Of a DNA stretch of 32,000 bases, positions 1 to 9,100 are shown piece by piece. The stretch comes from Crocosphaera subtropica ATCC 51142 (lineage in GTDB: Bacteria > Cyanobacteriota > Cyanobacteriia > Cyanobacteriales > Microcystaceae), in NCBI RefSeq assembly GCF_000017845.1, contig NC_010546.1:1770001-1802000 (forward strand), written 5' to 3'. A program made the position numbers and the translations under genes. The notes beneath the pieces are model-generated. The model saw only the letters and a program-made list of their open reading frames with translations, ran no database searches and was not told the origin of the DNA. The number at the start of each line of letters is the position of its first letter. The stretch's first letter is position 1.

Positions 1-284
1 GGAAACTTACTTTGAGCTTCCTTCATGGTAATACTTTTACCTTGGTTACGGAGGTCTTGCCAGTAATTAATCACTTCTGTGGCTTTATTGAGTATTTCGA
101 TTCTTTCTGTTTCTAAAATCCAGTGTTTGGCTTCTAATTCGTCTTTTAATTCTTGCCAAGCATCGTTACGTGGCCAGAAAAAATAAGCTGTTAGTGGGCT
201 AGTTCCTTTTCCGACTACTTGATCAACTGCGATCGCTACGTTGGCATCTAACCACAGCACTTTTAATATAAATCTAGGCTCCAA
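1..284 (-). CDS. ycf65: PSRP-3/Ycf65-like 30S ribosomal protein 3 (N-terminal part; the C-terminus runs off the window edge)
   Basis: Not in the ORF track because it is edge-truncated. My translation of the minus strand from TTG 284-282 gives [78 protein letters not shown]... This matches the conserved LKVLWL / AVDQVV / TSPLT.YFFWPR.DAW block of cyanobacterial and plastid PSRP-3. The start is uncertain (TTG 284, TTG 311 or GTG 260). Confidence 0.7.
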   Translation of the reverse strand, partial: MEPRFILKVLWLDANVAIAVDQVVGKGTSPLTAYFFWPRNDAWQELKDELEAKHWILETERIEILNKATEVINYWQDLRNQGKSITMKEAQSKF

Positions 285-345
285 TTGCCCCTCCAGTTGA
301 ATAAACGACAACTATATTTCATAACATACAACACCCCATTATACC

Positions 346-960
346 CTATTGAGTCACAGTTTGACTATTAAACAGGCTCATAGCTTTTTCAATGCCTTCT
401 TTTAAGCTAGTTTCAATGGCATCAACCACTAAGGGGAAGGTTTTATCAACAATCTTTCTTTCTTCGGGAGCAAATCGCCCTAAAACATGAGAAACGGTAT
501 TATCGAGTTGACCAGATTTGCCAATACCGATGCGTAAACGGGGAAAGTTTTGCTCCCCTAAATGGGAAATAATGGATTTCATACCATTATGACCGCCGGC
601 TGACCCTGATAGACGCATTCTCATGCGACCAATAGGCAGATCCATATCATCATAAATGACTAAAACATCCGTTGCTATTAGTTTATACCAGTCGGTCACA
701 GCCCGCACCGACTGACCCGAACGATTCATATAAGTTAAAGGTTTGAGTAGATAAATTTTTTGATAAGTGGGACTATTCCCTTCTGCGATTAGTCCTTGAA
801 AACGGCGGTTCTCTTTCCAAGAGAGTCCCCAAGTTTCAGCTAAAATATCGACAATTTCAAACCCAATATTATGACGAGTCTTATCGTATTTAGGTTCAGG
901 ATTTCCCAATCCCACAATCAGCTTAGGAATAATGAGTGAGTTAGATTTTGTTTCGGACAT
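346..960 (-). CDS. pth: peptidyl-tRNA hydrolase
   Basis: 204 aa. The N-terminal LIVGLGNPEPKYDKTRHNIGF motif and the HNGMKS motif are typical of Pth. ATG start at 960. Confidence 0.95.
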   Translation of the reverse strand: MSETKSNSLIIPKLIVGLGNPEPKYDKTRHNIGFEIVDILAETWGLSWKENRRFQGLIAEGNSPTYQKIYLLKPLTYMNRSGQSVRAVTDWYKLIATDVLVIYDDMDLPIGRMRMRLSGSAGGHNGMKSIISHLGEQNFPRLRIGIGKSGQLDNTVSHVLGRFAPEERKIVDKTFPLVVDAIETSLKEGIEKAMSLFNSQTVTQ

Positions 961-1236
961 TTAGCTAGGTATGGTTTTTTGTTTGATTCTTTATTTAAAG
1001 TATAGTAATGTTCAAGATTATTGGCTAGATAAGACAAGAGATCATATTGACACTCTGAACAAAGAATAAGCAGAAAAATAGCTTTTAAAATATAGGTTCA
1101 ATCACTCAATTGATTCAGATAAGATTCGTCATCTTGTTCAACAAGAGTCAACCTTCTCCTCGGTAGTAATTGACAGTTCTCAGGCAGATAAGTCAAGATA
1201 TTAATATAACGTAAATCTTTGTAAAGCTTGACCTAA

Positions 1237-1866
1237 ATGTCAATCGAATTTCTGTCACTAGAGAACATTCAAGAAATTGCACGTCAATACGGGTATTGGG
1301 CAGTATTTATTGGCATTGCCTTGGAAAATACTGGAATCCCCATTCCTGGCGAAACTATCACTATCGTGGGCGGTTTTTTAGCTGGAAGCGGAGAACTGGG
1401 CTACTGGATCGTCTTAGGAAGTGCGATCGCTGGTGCTGTCATCGGCGATAATTTTGGTTATTGGATTGGCCGCTGGGGAGGTTGGCCATTATTAATAAAA
1501 GTAGGAAGCTTTTTTAACATCTCCACCAAACAACTAGAAGGAGTAAGAAACAAGTTTAGTAAAAATGCAGCCAAAGCAGTCTTTTTTGGCCGTTTTGTTA
1601 CTTTATTAAGGGTCTTTGCAGGACCCATTGCCGGTATCGCCCAAATGCCTTATTATCGATTCCTATTATGTAATTTAGGAGGGGCGACGGTTTGGGCGTT
1701 AATTATGGTAAGCTTATCCTTTTTTGTGGGAAGATTAGTTCCTTTACCTGAATTAATTCATTGGATCACTCAATTTGGTATTTTGGCTTTAATTCTGGTG
1801 ATTGCATGGGTAGGAATGACATTATGGTTAGAGTTTGGTAAACCTGGATTAGAAGGAAAAGATTAA
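1237..1866 (+). CDS. DedA/SNARE-associated family membrane protein
   Basis: 209 aa, multi-pass hydrophobic. Has the DedA-type N-terminus YGYWAVFIGIALENTGIPIPGETI and a GRF..LLR.F segment. Confidence 0.85.
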   Translation: MSIEFLSLENIQEIARQYGYWAVFIGIALENTGIPIPGETITIVGGFLAGSGELGYWIVLGSAIAGAVIGDNFGYWIGRWGGWPLLIKVGSFFNISTKQLEGVRNKFSKNAAKAVFFGRFVTLLRVFAGPIAGIAQMPYYRFLLCNLGGATVWALIMVSLSFFVGRLVPLPELIHWITQFGILALILVIAWVGMTLWLEFGKPGLEGKD

Positions 1867-1939
1867 GGATTTTTTAAGCTGAAACAAGCTAAAATAAACG
1901 ACTCTTAAACCCAGGAATTTAACAAAACAGAATGGTTAT

Positions 1940-2869
1940 TTAACCAATGGGGGTTTGATAGACATTAGAAGTAATTTGTTTGAACTTACGAATTAAATTG
2001 AGTGTTCTGTTGTAACCTATCTTGTTGTTTTGTTGTTGAAACTGATCAAGGGCGATTTTGAAATTTTCCCAAGCAATCTCTTTAAATCCCAAATTTCCAG
2101 CAATAATTCCTCGATTAATATAAGCACTGGTTAACTGAGGATTTAGGGTAATAACTTCTGTAAAATCTCGAAACGCACCCTGATAATTACCTAATTTTTG
2201 ATAAGCATAACCTCGTTGATAATAAGCTTGTAGGTCTTGTGGGTTTAAAATAAGAACATGGGTAAAATTGGCGATCGCCTGAGAAAAATTTTCTAGTTTT
2301 AAATAGGCTAAAGCACGATCATAATAAATCCATGTTTTATGTTCTAAAGAATCTTCATGATTGGTTTCTAAAGCTTGATTATAACTTTCTAAAGCTTGCT
2401 GATAATTACCTAATTTATAATGTACTAATCCTTGATTATAATAAGCACGATAATCATGTTTATGGCGTTTAATGACTTCTTGGTAAGCAACCAAAGATTG
2501 AGTATAATTTTCCAGTCGGTAATCAGCTAATCCTTTATTCAAATAAGCTTCAATATTCTCAGAATTTCTCTCTAAAGCTTCTTCACAATCGATTTTAGCT
2601 GCTTGATTATTATTGACTTGTAAATAAGCGAGACAACGATTACTATAAGCAGAAGCAATCCACTGATTCTTATCATTAATAACTTGAGTAAATTTGAGAA
2701 TTGCTTCTTGATAGTTTTGTTCGTTTAAATAACGAATTCCTTGAGAAAAATCAGGAGAATTTGATAAGTTTTCGGAACTGGGTGAAGAGAAGCCTAAGCA
2801 GAATAAAATTGCTGCAATTAACACAAAAAACTTTAAGAAATCCTTAACAAGATAGTTCATTTTTAGCAT
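1940..2869 (-). CDS. TPR-repeat protein with an N-terminal hydrophobic signal or anchor
   Basis: 309 aa. Shows repeated 34-residue A..Y.RG.AY..LGNY..A...F..A-like units (for example YNQGLVHYKLGNYQQALESYNQAL and YYQRGYAYQKLGNYQGAFRDF). Hydrophobic N-terminus FLKFFVLIAAILFCLGF. Confidence 0.85.
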   Translation of the reverse strand: MLKMNYLVKDFLKFFVLIAAILFCLGFSSPSSENLSNSPDFSQGIRYLNEQNYQEAILKFTQVINDKNQWIASAYSNRCLAYLQVNNNQAAKIDCEEALERNSENIEAYLNKGLADYRLENYTQSLVAYQEVIKRHKHDYRAYYNQGLVHYKLGNYQQALESYNQALETNHEDSLEHKTWIYYDRALAYLKLENFSQAIANFTHVLILNPQDLQAYYQRGYAYQKLGNYQGAFRDFTEVITLNPQLTSAYINRGIIAGNLGFKEIAWENFKIALDQFQQQNNKIGYNRTLNLIRKFKQITSNVYQTPIG

Positions 2870-3184
2870 GATAGATTGACGGACTTTTGATCATGCTAGA
2901 AAAAATCTCAAAATTTTTCCATAGACCAATGGTAAAACATTAAGACAATATAAGAATTGATTAATAACATATTGTTGACTTTAGACGAAAACTGGGAATA
3001 TGAAATAAATGATCACCAATAGCTAATACTATAAAGAGTTGACAAAATAAAAATGATAATGTATAAATTCTATAAACTCTATTAAAAATTTAAGAGCATT
3101 TATCCTTAAATGAGATTAATGTTAAAAATCAACTATTAATAGTTAATAACCGATGTCATTTAGCAGTGTATTTCCCTAATAAAG

Positions 3185-4108
3185 ATGATAAAACCAACTC
3201 TATCAGTTATTATCCCCATGCGGGATAATGTTCCTCAACTCTGGATAGAAGCATTATCAAAAGTTGAGGGGAATGTTGAATTTATTTTAGTTTATCCTCC
3301 TGAAGTTCCCTTACTTAATCATGATGATTCTCGTATTCGTCAAATTGTTAGTTCTTTAAGGGGAGAAGTCATACAACGAATTACTGCTTTATTAAATGCG
3401 TCAGGGACTTATGTTTTATCCATCAATTGTGATGAATATTTATATCCCAAAATTGAAAAAGTTGTCCTTGAGTATTTCCAAAGATTTCCTAATAGTTCTT
3501 TATTTAAGTTAAGACAGAAATTTTATCCCTATGGTAATCAAGAAAAATTATTAGAAGAATGGGAAGCTGTCACTAATATTGAAAATATTCAAGTGAGACG
3601 AGGACAAGATCACCATTTACCCACAACAGAAACCCTACAAGAAATTCCCATTTGTCCCTTAGAAAATCCATTAAATCTATTTTGTTTGATTAAAGATCGT
3701 AGAGATCATCATGGACCCCACCAGGAGAATTTCGATAAAAAAGTATGGAAAAATAGCTTAGTTCAAGAACAACTGAATGATATTGTTAAATTATTTACTC
3801 TTTTAGGACCGTTTAAATATGTTCCTTTTTGGTGTTCTGATCGATTGCTAGGTTTATCAATGCAAGCTAAATTATATACAAAAGGTCTTGCTACGAAAGG
3901 GGATATTATTGGACATATTTTACCTTTTCCTGAACAATTTCGGACTGAAAATAATCCTCCTGAATTTCGATATAATACCACCAATAGACGTTATGTTTTA
4001 GCAGAGTGTTTACTACTCAAATTATATCCTCAATATGGATACTTTTGGAATTTAGTGCTTGCTAGTCTCAAAAATTTAGTCAGAATTAAATCGGGGAAAA
4101 ATAAGTGA
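3185..4108 (+). CDS. hypothetical protein, possibly glycosyltransferase family 2-like (N-terminal part only)
   Basis: 307 aa. The N-terminus LSVIIPMRDN resembles the GT2 (GT-A) nucleotide-binding start, and a CDE triad in SINCDEY could be a DxD-like motif. The rest is unrecognised. Confidence 0.4.
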   Translation: MIKPTLSVIIPMRDNVPQLWIEALSKVEGNVEFILVYPPEVPLLNHDDSRIRQIVSSLRGEVIQRITALLNASGTYVLSINCDEYLYPKIEKVVLEYFQRFPNSSLFKLRQKFYPYGNQEKLLEEWEAVTNIENIQVRRGQDHHLPTTETLQEIPICPLENPLNLFCLIKDRRDHHGPHQENFDKKVWKNSLVQEQLNDIVKLFTLLGPFKYVPFWCSDRLLGLSMQAKLYTKGLATKGDIIGHILPFPEQFRTENNPPEFRYNTTNRRYVLAECLLLKLYPQYGYFWNLVLASLKNLVRIKSGKNK

Positions 4109-4200
4109 GTTAAACTAAGTAAGGACAGGCAAAAGCCAACAAGGTTATTGAGATGTCTAATTAATTTTGCTCAGGTACTTAAAATAATTTTCTAGTAAGT

Positions 4201-4228
4201 ATTCAGCCGTCAGTATTCAGCATTCAGC
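4201..4228. repeat. short tandem heptamer array ATTCAGC-CGTCAGT-ATTCAGC-ATTCAGC (STRR-like)
   Basis: Read directly from the sequence. Four consecutive 7-mers, three of them identical, lie in the intergenic region. A small hairpin cattca-gcttt-tgaatg follows at 4222-4237. Confidence 0.6.
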
Positions 4229-4300
4229 TTTTGAATGAAAGCGGTAAGCATTCGTGTAATCTCAGTCAGTTTCGATGATATTTAAGTATCAAGAATTACT

Positions 4301-4320
4301 GTAGGGGGTTAGACCCCTAC
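4301..4320. terminator. perfect 7-bp stem-loop between the convergent GT-like gene and gltX
   Basis: GTAGGGG-gttaga-CCCCTAC. It lies 39 nt past the gltX stop on the minus strand. There is no clear U-tract, so terminator function is uncertain. Confidence 0.35.
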
Positions 4321-4358
4321 TTAACTAAAGTTAGAATATGAAATTGATCGGATAGGGA

Positions 4359-5813
4359 CTATTCAACCAAACTTAAGCCATGAGTTAAACGGGTTTTATC
4401 CCATCCTTTTTCATGTAATAAAAGCCAAGATTGAATTAAATCAGGACCGTGTAATTCTCCCATTAAACCAGCACGAAGCGATCGCATTACCAATCCTTTT
4501 TTGACTTTAAAGGTTTTAGTAACTTGTTTGATGGTATCTTTGGCCTCATCTTCGGTTAACTGAGATGACTCTTGAATCTTCTCTACAACAGCTTGTAAAA
4601 CGTCTTTAACCCCATCTTGTTTCATTTGAGCTATGGCTTCTTCGCTATAGTCTACCCTTCCCCCAAATAACAAGACACTTTCTTTCGCTGCGTCACTGAG
4701 ACGGGTGAGACTGGGCCCGATCAAAGTGGCCATTTTTTCTAACCAGGGGCGATCGCTGTCGATATTGATAGGATAACCGGCTTCTTGCCAATAGGGAACC
4801 AAGAGATCAACTAATTCTTCTCCTGACATTTTGTGTACATATTGACTATTAATCCAATCCAGTTTATCCCAGTCAAATTTAGCTCCAGCTTTATTGACCC
4901 GTTCTAAGCTAAACTGTTGGGCTGCTTCGGTTAACGTAAAAATCTCTTGAGTGGAGTCTGGGGGAGTCCATCCCAATAAGGTCATATAGTTAGCTAAAGC
5001 TTGGGGTAAAAAGCCCATTTTACGAAAGTCATCGATAGAGGTTACCCCGTCTCGTTTTGATAATTTTCGTCCTTCCTGGTTTAAAATTAGAGGGGTATGA
5101 GCAAACTCTGGAACCGTTGCGCCGAGAGCTTCGTATAAGAGAATTTGTTTAGCGGTATTAGCGATATGATCTTCTCCTCGGATCACATGAGTGATCTTCA
5201 TATCCATGTCATCGACCACCACAGCTAGATTGTAGAGAGGTTGTCCAAAGGGTTGATCGGGATTATCAGCAATACGAGCGATGACCATATCTCCACCGAG
5301 ATCACTTCCTTTCCAGGTCATTTTTCCTCGGATAAGATCGTGCCAAACAATTTCGCGATCGTCATCGATGATAAAACGGATAACCGGTTTTCTTCCTTGC
5401 GCTTCCAACCCTTGACGTTGTTCTTCGGTGAGATGACGATGACGGTTATCGTAGCGAGGGGCTTGATTTTGGGCTTTTTGCGCCTCTCGCATCTGTTCTA
5501 ATTCTTCTGGGGTACAATAGCAACGATAGGCAAAGCCTTTGTCTAGTAAGGTTTGAATCCCTTGACGATAGAGATCGAGGCGTTGGGTTTGGAAAAAAGG
5601 ACCTTCATCCCAAGTTAAGCCCAACCAGGCCAGTCCTGATTTAATATTTTCAGTGTATTCTGCACGCGATCGCTCTCGATCGGTATCTTCGACTCTGAGG
5701 ATAAACTGGCCTTGGTGATGATGAGCAAATAACCAGTTAAAAACGGCGGTTCTGGCGGTTCCTATGTGTAAATTCCCTGTGGGACTTGGGGCAATACGAA
5801 CTCTGACTGTCAC
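4359..5813 (-). CDS. gltX: glutamate--tRNA ligase (glutamyl-tRNA synthetase)
   Basis: 484 aa. Class I HIGH motif [20 protein letters not shown] and KMSKS-type KLSKRDG. The GTG start at 5813 gives an [14 protein letters not shown]-terminus typical of GluRS. Confidence 0.95.
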   Translation of the reverse strand: MTVRVRIAPSPTGNLHIGTARTAVFNWLFAHHHQGQFILRVEDTDRERSRAEYTENIKSGLAWLGLTWDEGPFFQTQRLDLYRQGIQTLLDKGFAYRCYCTPEELEQMREAQKAQNQAPRYDNRHRHLTEEQRQGLEAQGRKPVIRFIIDDDREIVWHDLIRGKMTWKGSDLGGDMVIARIADNPDQPFGQPLYNLAVVVDDMDMKITHVIRGEDHIANTAKQILLYEALGATVPEFAHTPLILNQEGRKLSKRDGVTSIDDFRKMGFLPQALANYMTLLGWTPPDSTQEIFTLTEAAQQFSLERVNKAGAKFDWDKLDWINSQYVHKMSGEELVDLLVPYWQEAGYPINIDSDRPWLEKMATLIGPSLTRLSDAAKESVLLFGGRVDYSEEAIAQMKQDGVKDVLQAVVEKIQESSQLTEDEAKDTIKQVTKTFKVKKGLVMRSLRAGLMGELHGPDLIQSWLLLHEKGWDKTRLTHGLSLVE

Positions 5814-5846
5814 AAAATTTTTCCTGTAGTCAATATTTAATAAAGT

Positions 5847-5877
5847 CCCCTACCTTAAGTTAGAGGTGGGGCTTTTT
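5847..5877 (+). terminator. terminator-like hairpin plus T-tract in the gltX upstream leader
   Basis: cccc(t)acct - taagtt(ag) - aggtgggg forms 8 bp with a 1-nt bulge and is followed by cttttt on the plus strand. On the minus strand the same stem sits 34-64 nt upstream of the gltX start. Confidence 0.4.
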
Positions 5878-6066
5878 AAGCTCAATAAATTATCATAATT
5901 GATTTTAGGTTAACTCATCAAGCAATTATCCATTATAGACTGTTTAAGTGAAAGGTTTTTTCAAGGATTTTATCAAGTTTTTTTCTGCACCTTACGTTGT
6001 TTATGTTACGAATTTTTTAGAGTTTTCTAAGGCTCAATTTCCCTAACGCTGATAGACTCTAATTGT

Positions 6067-6951
6067 CTAAGCTCTTTCGACTAAAAAGGGTAAAGATAAA
6101 CGATAAAATATCCATCCGAACAACGTCATGATAATTGCTACTACACTAGCAATCCAAAAACCTGTTACGTTAGAAATGTCTCCAGTGGTCGCTAAATCTC
6201 TCGTCGTTGCCAATAGGGGAGTAACGGGGTTAATCTTGACTAAAATTGCCCAAAATCCCTCCCTTGGTTGAGGATAAATCACAGGAGTCACAAACAACCA
6301 GAGCCGAGTCACAAAACCAATGGCTCTATTAACATCACCATATAGACAAGAAAATGGACTTAAAATTAATCCCATTCCCGCACCAAACAAGATCAAATGA
6401 ATAAAGGCAACGGGAGCTATGAGAATTGTCCAAGTTACCCCTACTCTAAACCAGACAAACAAGAAAAAAATAGGAATTAGTTGAATCAGAAAATTAAATA
6501 AAGTTTGTGCTATTTTCGAGATGACAAAGGCTTCTGGGGGTACATTTAATTTCATTAACATCGATTTAGCAGTTCGGGCTGCTCCCATAGTATTATTAAA
6601 AGTCTGGATAAAAGTTTGCCAAAGGGTCATACTCAGAGCAACAAAAACAGGATAAGGAATAGGCGTTTCTCCCAAGTTCAACACTCGGGCTTCTCTAAGG
6701 AAGGTCAAACCCACGGCAGTGACCAAAGGGGGAATAAAAATCCAGAGTGCGCCCAGTAACGACTGACGATATTGAGATTGAATATCTCGTTGCAATAATT
6801 GCCACGCTAATTCACGGGAAGCGAGCAAATCGTACCACATCTCTTGTAATAACTGGATAGGGTGTCTCACCCGACTGTTGGGTTCATACACCACCACAGG
6901 CAGAGGTTTTTTGTGTTTATCTCGAGTTGGCTGACGGTTGGCTTGACTCAT
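6067..6951 (-). CDS. ABC-2 type transporter permease (Wzm/KpsM/TagG-like polysaccharide export)
   Basis: 294 aa with six hydrophobic segments. The N-terminal LASRELAWQLLQRDIQSQYRQSLLGALWIFIPPL signature is typical of ABC-2 export permeases. Confidence 0.8.
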   Translation of the reverse strand: MSQANRQPTRDKHKKPLPVVVYEPNSRVRHPIQLLQEMWYDLLASRELAWQLLQRDIQSQYRQSLLGALWIFIPPLVTAVGLTFLREARVLNLGETPIPYPVFVALSMTLWQTFIQTFNNTMGAARTAKSMLMKLNVPPEAFVISKIAQTLFNFLIQLIPIFFLFVWFRVGVTWTILIAPVAFIHLILFGAGMGLILSPFSCLYGDVNRAIGFVTRLWLFVTPVIYPQPREGFWAILVKINPVTPLLATTRDLATTGDISNVTGFWIASVVAIIMTLFGWIFYRLSLPFLVERA

Positions 6952-7075
6952 GGTTAGTCTCTAGATACTCGTAAAGCGTTGTAATGGTTTTATCATATAA
7001 CTTTACACGACGAGAAGATGTCAAGTTCATTAATCACCTAAACTAAAAAAGGGATTTGAGAATGTTAACCCATTG

Positions 7076-8182
7076 ATGAGTATTATTATGTTCAATAAAA
7101 CTACGATTCTGTCGATTTTATTAATTTTTATCCCTTTATCTCTAGGGTCAGAATACTTAGAATGGGGCGCATCGATTACTTTTATCACCGCCGGCTTAGC
7201 TATTGTGCCGTTAGCTGCTTTTATGGGTCAGGCCACAGAAGAAATTGCTGTAGTGGTCGGTCCGAACTTAGGGGGGTTATTAAATGCGACCTTTGGTAAC
7301 GCTACAGAATTAATTTTAGCTTTGGTAGCGTTAAACGAAGGGTTAATTGGTGTAGTCAAAGCAACGATTACTGGCTCAATTATTGGTAATTTATTGTTAG
7401 TGGTGGGCTTTTCGATGTTATTAGGTGGCCTTCGCTACAAAGAACAAGAATTCCAATCGGTGGCCGCCCGTGTTAATGCGTCTTCGATGAATTTAGCGGT
7501 GATCGCTATTTTATTGCCGACGGCGGTGCAATATACGTCTAGCGGAATTGAAGAACAAACCTTACAGAATTTATCTGTTGCTGTGGCGGTTGTGTTGATT
7601 TTGGTTTATGGGTTAACGTTACTTTTTTCGATGAAAACCCATGCTTATTTATATGAAGTGGGTGTGGCGGCCGAGGAAGAGGCCACCGAAGAAGATACGA
7701 CTAATATCAATCTAAGTAAATGGGTGATCATTCTCTTATTAGTTACCCTTGGGGTTGCCATTGAATCTGAATTATTGGTCAATTCCTTAGAAGAAGCAAC
7801 TTCATCTTTAGGGTTAACGGCTTTGTTTACGGGTGTGATTTTATTACCCATTGTGGGCAATGCAGCAGAACACGCTACGGCTGTTACAGTGGCGATGAAA
7901 AATAAAATGGATTTATCAATGTCAGTGGCGGTCGGTTCAAGTTTACAAATTGCTTTGTTTGTTGCCCCGGTTTTAGTCATTGCGGGTTGGGTATTAGGAC
8001 AACCAATGGATTTAGATTTTAATCCTTTTGAATTAGTAGCGGTAGCTGTGGCAGTTTTAATTACTAATTCTATTAGTTCGGATGGTCGTTCTAATTGGTT
8101 GGAAGGTACTTTATTATTAGCGACTTATGCGGTGATTGGTTTAGCGTTTTATTTCCATCCTGTGGTTGAGGGACTGGGTTAA
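7076..8182 (+). CDS. Ca2+/H+ antiporter (CaCA/CAX family)
   Basis: About 368 aa, polytopic. Both alpha-repeat signatures are present (GNATELILA and GNAAEH), separated by an acidic loop AAEEEATEED. The track start is TTG 7073; ATG 7076 is adjacent. Confidence 0.9.
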   Translation: MSIIMFNKTTILSILLIFIPLSLGSEYLEWGASITFITAGLAIVPLAAFMGQATEEIAVVVGPNLGGLLNATFGNATELILALVALNEGLIGVVKATITGSIIGNLLLVVGFSMLLGGLRYKEQEFQSVAARVNASSMNLAVIAILLPTAVQYTSSGIEEQTLQNLSVAVAVVLILVYGLTLLFSMKTHAYLYEVGVAAEEEATEEDTTNINLSKWVIILLLVTLGVAIESELLVNSLEEATSSLGLTALFTGVILLPIVGNAAEHATAVTVAMKNKMDLSMSVAVGSSLQIALFVAPVLVIAGWVLGQPMDLDFNPFELVAVAVAVLITNSISSDGRSNWLEGTLLLATYAVIGLAFYFHPVVEGLG

Positions 8183-8185
8183 CTT

Positions 8186-8247
8186 GGCAGTGGGGAGTAG
8201 AGGGGGCAGAGGGAGTAGAGGGAGCAGGGAGTGGGGAGTGTGGGGAG
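8186..8247. repeat. G-rich degenerate heptamer tract (GGGAGYR-type), a possible G-quadruplex former
   Basis: ggcagtggggagtagagggggcagagggagtagagggagcagggagtggggagtgtggggag. Many G3-G5 runs lie on the plus strand between the CAX stop and the cbbY start. Confidence 0.7.
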
Positions 8248-8252
8248 AAAAT

Positions 8253-8270
8253 ATTAATCTAATTAATCTA
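8253..8270. repeat. perfect tandem duplication of the 9-mer ATTAATCTA
   Basis: attaatcta attaatcta, read directly, ends 25 nt upstream of the cbbY ATG (8295). Confidence 0.6.
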
Positions 8271-8294
8271 TTTAATACGTTCAACCAGTTGATT

Positions 8295-9044
8295 ATGAGA
8301 GAGTTAAAAGCTTTAATTTTTGATGTGGATGGAACCTTAGCAGAAACGGAAAGAGATGGCCATAGAATTGCCTTTAATCGAGCTTTTGCTGAGGCGAATT
8401 TAAACTGGATTTGGTCAGAAAGTCTCTACGGAGAGTTATTGGAAATTTCTGGCGGCAAAGAAAGGATTCGATATTATTTACAACAATATCATCCTGATCT
8501 TATGGAAGATTTGGACACATTAATACCACAACTTCATCAAGACAAAACTAACCATTATCGTCACTTATTATCATTGGGAGAGATTCAACTACGTCCAGGG
8601 GTGAAACGGTTAATTGAAGAAGCTTATCAGGAGGGAATAAGATTAGCGATCGCCACAACTAGCACGTTAGCGAATGCTTTAGCTTTAATCGAAAAACACC
8701 TCAATCCTCAGTGGTTTGAAGTGATTGCAGCAGGGGATATTGTTCCTAATAAAAAACCCGCTCCTGATATTTATAATTATGTCTTGAATAAGATGCAGTT
8801 ATCCCCTGATCAATGTTTAGTATTTGAGGATTCTTTTCATGGGTTACAAGCTTCTTTTGACGCTGGTTTACAAACAGTTATCACTTTACATGATTACACA
8901 AAGCATCAAGATTTTTCTTTAGCTAGTGTCGTTTTAAATCATCTAGGAGAACCAAATAATAATTTTAAAATTTTCAAAGGAGATATGAATAATAAAGGGT
9001 ATCTTGATCTAGAATTATGCCAAAAATTGATTATCAATTATTAA
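8295..9044 (+). CDS. cbbY: HAD-superfamily hydrolase, CbbY-like (xylulose-1,5-bisphosphate phosphatase type)
   Basis: HAD motif I ALIFDVDGTLAETERDGHRIAFNRAF closely resembles CbbY. A KKPAPDIY motif and an FEDS motif are also present. Start reassigned to ATG 8295, because the track's 8166 start reads through the G-rich repeat. Confidence 0.85.
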   Translation: MRELKALIFDVDGTLAETERDGHRIAFNRAFAEANLNWIWSESLYGELLEISGGKERIRYYLQQYHPDLMEDLDTLIPQLHQDKTNHYRHLLSLGEIQLRPGVKRLIEEAYQEGIRLAIATTSTLANALALIEKHLNPQWFEVIAAGDIVPNKKPAPDIYNYVLNKMQLSPDQCLVFEDSFHGLQASFDAGLQTVITLHDYTKHQDFSLASVVLNHLGEPNNNFKIFKGDMNNKGYLDLELCQKLIINY

Positions 9045-9049
9045 AAAAT

Positions 9050-9075
9050 CCCCTCAAAATAGTTACCTTGAGGGG
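9050..9075 (-). terminator. intrinsic terminator downstream of ndhJ (also usable by convergent cbbY)
   Basis: A perfect 8-bp stem CCCCTCAA-(10 nt)-TTGAGGGG. On the minus strand it is followed by attttttaa. Confidence 0.7.
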
Positions 9076-9100
9076 ACAGATCAATGACAAGACAGTAATA

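Noticed and set aside
8166-8294. N-terminal 43 residues of the track's cbbY ORF (MRDWVNLAVGSRGGRGSRGSREWGVWGE...).
   Set aside because: This stretch is simply the G-rich heptamer repeat read in frame. The HAD motif I (FDVDGT) begins right after ATG 8295, which is the family-typical start.
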